From: Macrostomum lignano
Taxonomy: Eukaryota
DNA length: 64,000 bases
NCBI GenBank assembly: GCA_002269645.1
Contig: NIVC01002806.1
Location: 1-64,000 of the forward strand
Direction of reading: 5' to 3'
Below are positions 62,212-64,000 of the stretch, piece after piece. Position numbers and translations under genes: made by a program. Position 1 is the stretch's first letter; every line of letters starts with the position of its first letter. The notes under the pieces were generated by a model. The model had not been told where the DNA came from. It made no database searches and saw only the letters and a list, made by a program, of their open reading frames with translations.

Positions 62212-63075
62212 CTTGGAAACAGACTCCGAGAAAACAAGATCTGTCATGTGACTTGCTCACAGGACAGGGAAAACAGGCCAATAGCGTGACTTCAAGACTG
62301 GAACAAAACAAGAGCAGACCACAGCAGAGAAGCTTGTGGCTGCAAACAGGAGCGCAGAAAACGGGCAGATAACGGGCAGAAAGCGGGAATGGGGCAGCAA
62401 ACAGGCAGACAAAAGGGAAGACGGGAAGCTGACCAGCGGCAGACAGCGACCCAGGGCGAGGGCGAGGGTGAGGGAAACTGCTGACCAAGGGCGACGCTTA
62501 ACACCAAACTTGCGGATCACTACACTAGATTAGCTCGTATAGCATTTGCAACTGCCTGAGGCTCGAGTAGGAAGGGTCTCCAACTGCGAGCTCGTACAAC
62601 TGTAAATCGCGTTGAAAATAAAGTAAAAAACAACGGTCAGCTGATTTTAGAGATCAGGGTTACAAGAGTTTTTATTGCGAGACAGCGCGTCAACAAGGTA
62701 AACATAGTTTTTGGATTCACTATTCAATCATCGGATTTGCTTAGTTTTTATTCAATATTCCATTTAGCTTAACATCCCGGTTCCATTCGAAGAAAATGTT
62801 TGGTTTGCGCGATTTTACGAGTCCTGAGTCAGCTCAGTCGTCGGGTGTCAGTTTGGCAGAATCATTTTGCCATTCATACATTTACGAGTGAACCAAGACA
62901 TTTATTGACAGTGAGCATGCGCTGTAACTATCTGTCCAATAAAATCTTATAAATAAACATTTGAAATGTTGCTCTTAAATATCAATTTTATCCAAAAGAA
63001 CAGTTTAACGCTGCGGTCAATCAAAGCAAACCCTCCTCAGTTCCCTCTTTGTAACTGTCCTGCACAGCATGTCAG

Positions 63076-63736
63076 TTAAAGCTCAGTTCCTTCCAGGCAT
63101 TTAACGTTGGACACGCTGATCGCCAAGACGCAAATGCCAACAGTTGCAAGCACCGGCACCAGTGAGAATGCGATGAAGAACACTTTGTCGGCCGATGTCA
63201 CGACAGTGATCCACTCGTTTCCATGGCGACTGGCTGCGCTGTCCGTTTGACAGGCATCCGATTTTTGATCAGCCGCATCGGTTTCCGTAGCATCGTTTGG
63301 CCTGCTCTTCCCAGCGACAAGCCGGTTGAGGAAGAGAGCGCGGATCAGCCGGTTGCTGACACGAGCGCTGCATTGCTGCTTGGAGTGGCAGTCGAGCACG
63401 AACGCATTGCAGAGCACGTTCAGCATGGTCGTCATCACTGCGATGCTGAAGTACCAGGCTGCAAGGCAAACTGGTGCATATTAGTAAGCAAGCAAATGAG
63501 TTGAAGTTGACACAGCGTCGCGTCCATCTCGTGACTCACTGATCAGTGGCACGGACTCGCTCTGTGCGGGGGTGTGGCTTCCGGCCAGCTGCAGGAACAC
63601 GCACATGGACAGCACGATGGTGATGCTGAAGGAGACTCGCTCGCCGCACTCGGGCGGCAGGCGGAAGGCGAACACAGAGATGGAGAGGAGGATGCTGGGG
63701 AAGAACAGATTCGTCACGTAGAAGCCCGGCTTTCTC
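63076..63736 (-). CDS. Cys-loop channel paralog 4, TM exons only (extracellular exons not within the window)
   Basis: RKPGFYVTNLFFPSILLSISVFAF (one Leu shorter than paralog 3), same M2, M3-M4 exon almost identical to paralog 3. Confidence 0.8.
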
Positions 63737-64000
63737 TGAAATGGGTGTTTTAATCTGGTGGGTTGATCCAAATTAGATATTTTTTATGATTTGACCAAGA
63801 TTTCACCGCTTGGATTTCACAATCATTGGAAAGAGCGTTTTGCAATTTGTGAAGAAACCAAGGCTTTAAATGTACTGAAATGATCTTGTTTTACCTAAAT
63901 ATTAGATTAGATTAGATTAATTAATTTAATTAGATTTCGACATTTTAGAAATAAATAATTATTCGCAGGATTGTGGACATCCTGGCACAGCGCCATCGGC

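Noticed and set aside
61900-62524. Possible solo LTR ending TCACTACA like the CsRn1 LTR
   Set aside because: No matching TGTAG start or TSD identified.

Overview
Eukaryotic (metazoan) genomic DNA with spliceosomal genes. GC-rich exons, poly-Ala tracts, minisatellite-filled introns and a CsRn1-clade retrotransposon suggest a flatworm such as Macrostomum (inference only). (1) 1-12773: two adjacent, related Polinton/adintovirus-like segments carrying rve integrase, parvovirus-type PLA2, an adenovirus pX-like protein and an EndoVII-containing protein-primed PolB. Both end at the same ...CTTCTACT terminus. Between PLA2 and the terminus each copy has a different cassette: a distantly homologous ~210-aa ORF followed by its own unrelated repeat array. 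No capsid, penton, ATPase or protease gene is visible. (2) 13-18 kb: satellites. (3) 19417-25073 (+): 4-exon LRR-Ig-FN3-TM receptor. (4) 30826-25638 (-): complete 7-exon class II xylose isomerase with a GC-AG intron. (5) 30-44.7 kb: AT-rich domain containing an intact Ty3/gypsy CsRn1-type element (identical 393-bp LTRs, AAGG TSD) and a decayed hAT element (8-bp TSD). (6) 44278-52017 (+): 9-exon chitobiase-type GH20 hexosaminidase. (7) 52.4-64 kb (-): tandem array of at least four nAChR-like Cys-loop channel genes with near-identical pore regions but divergent extracellular domains lacking the acetylcholine-binding residues. Best candidates for new biology: the swappable protein-plus-repeat cassette of the Polinton-like element, and the orphan Cys-loop array. 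All gene models were assembled by eye; no database searches were run.
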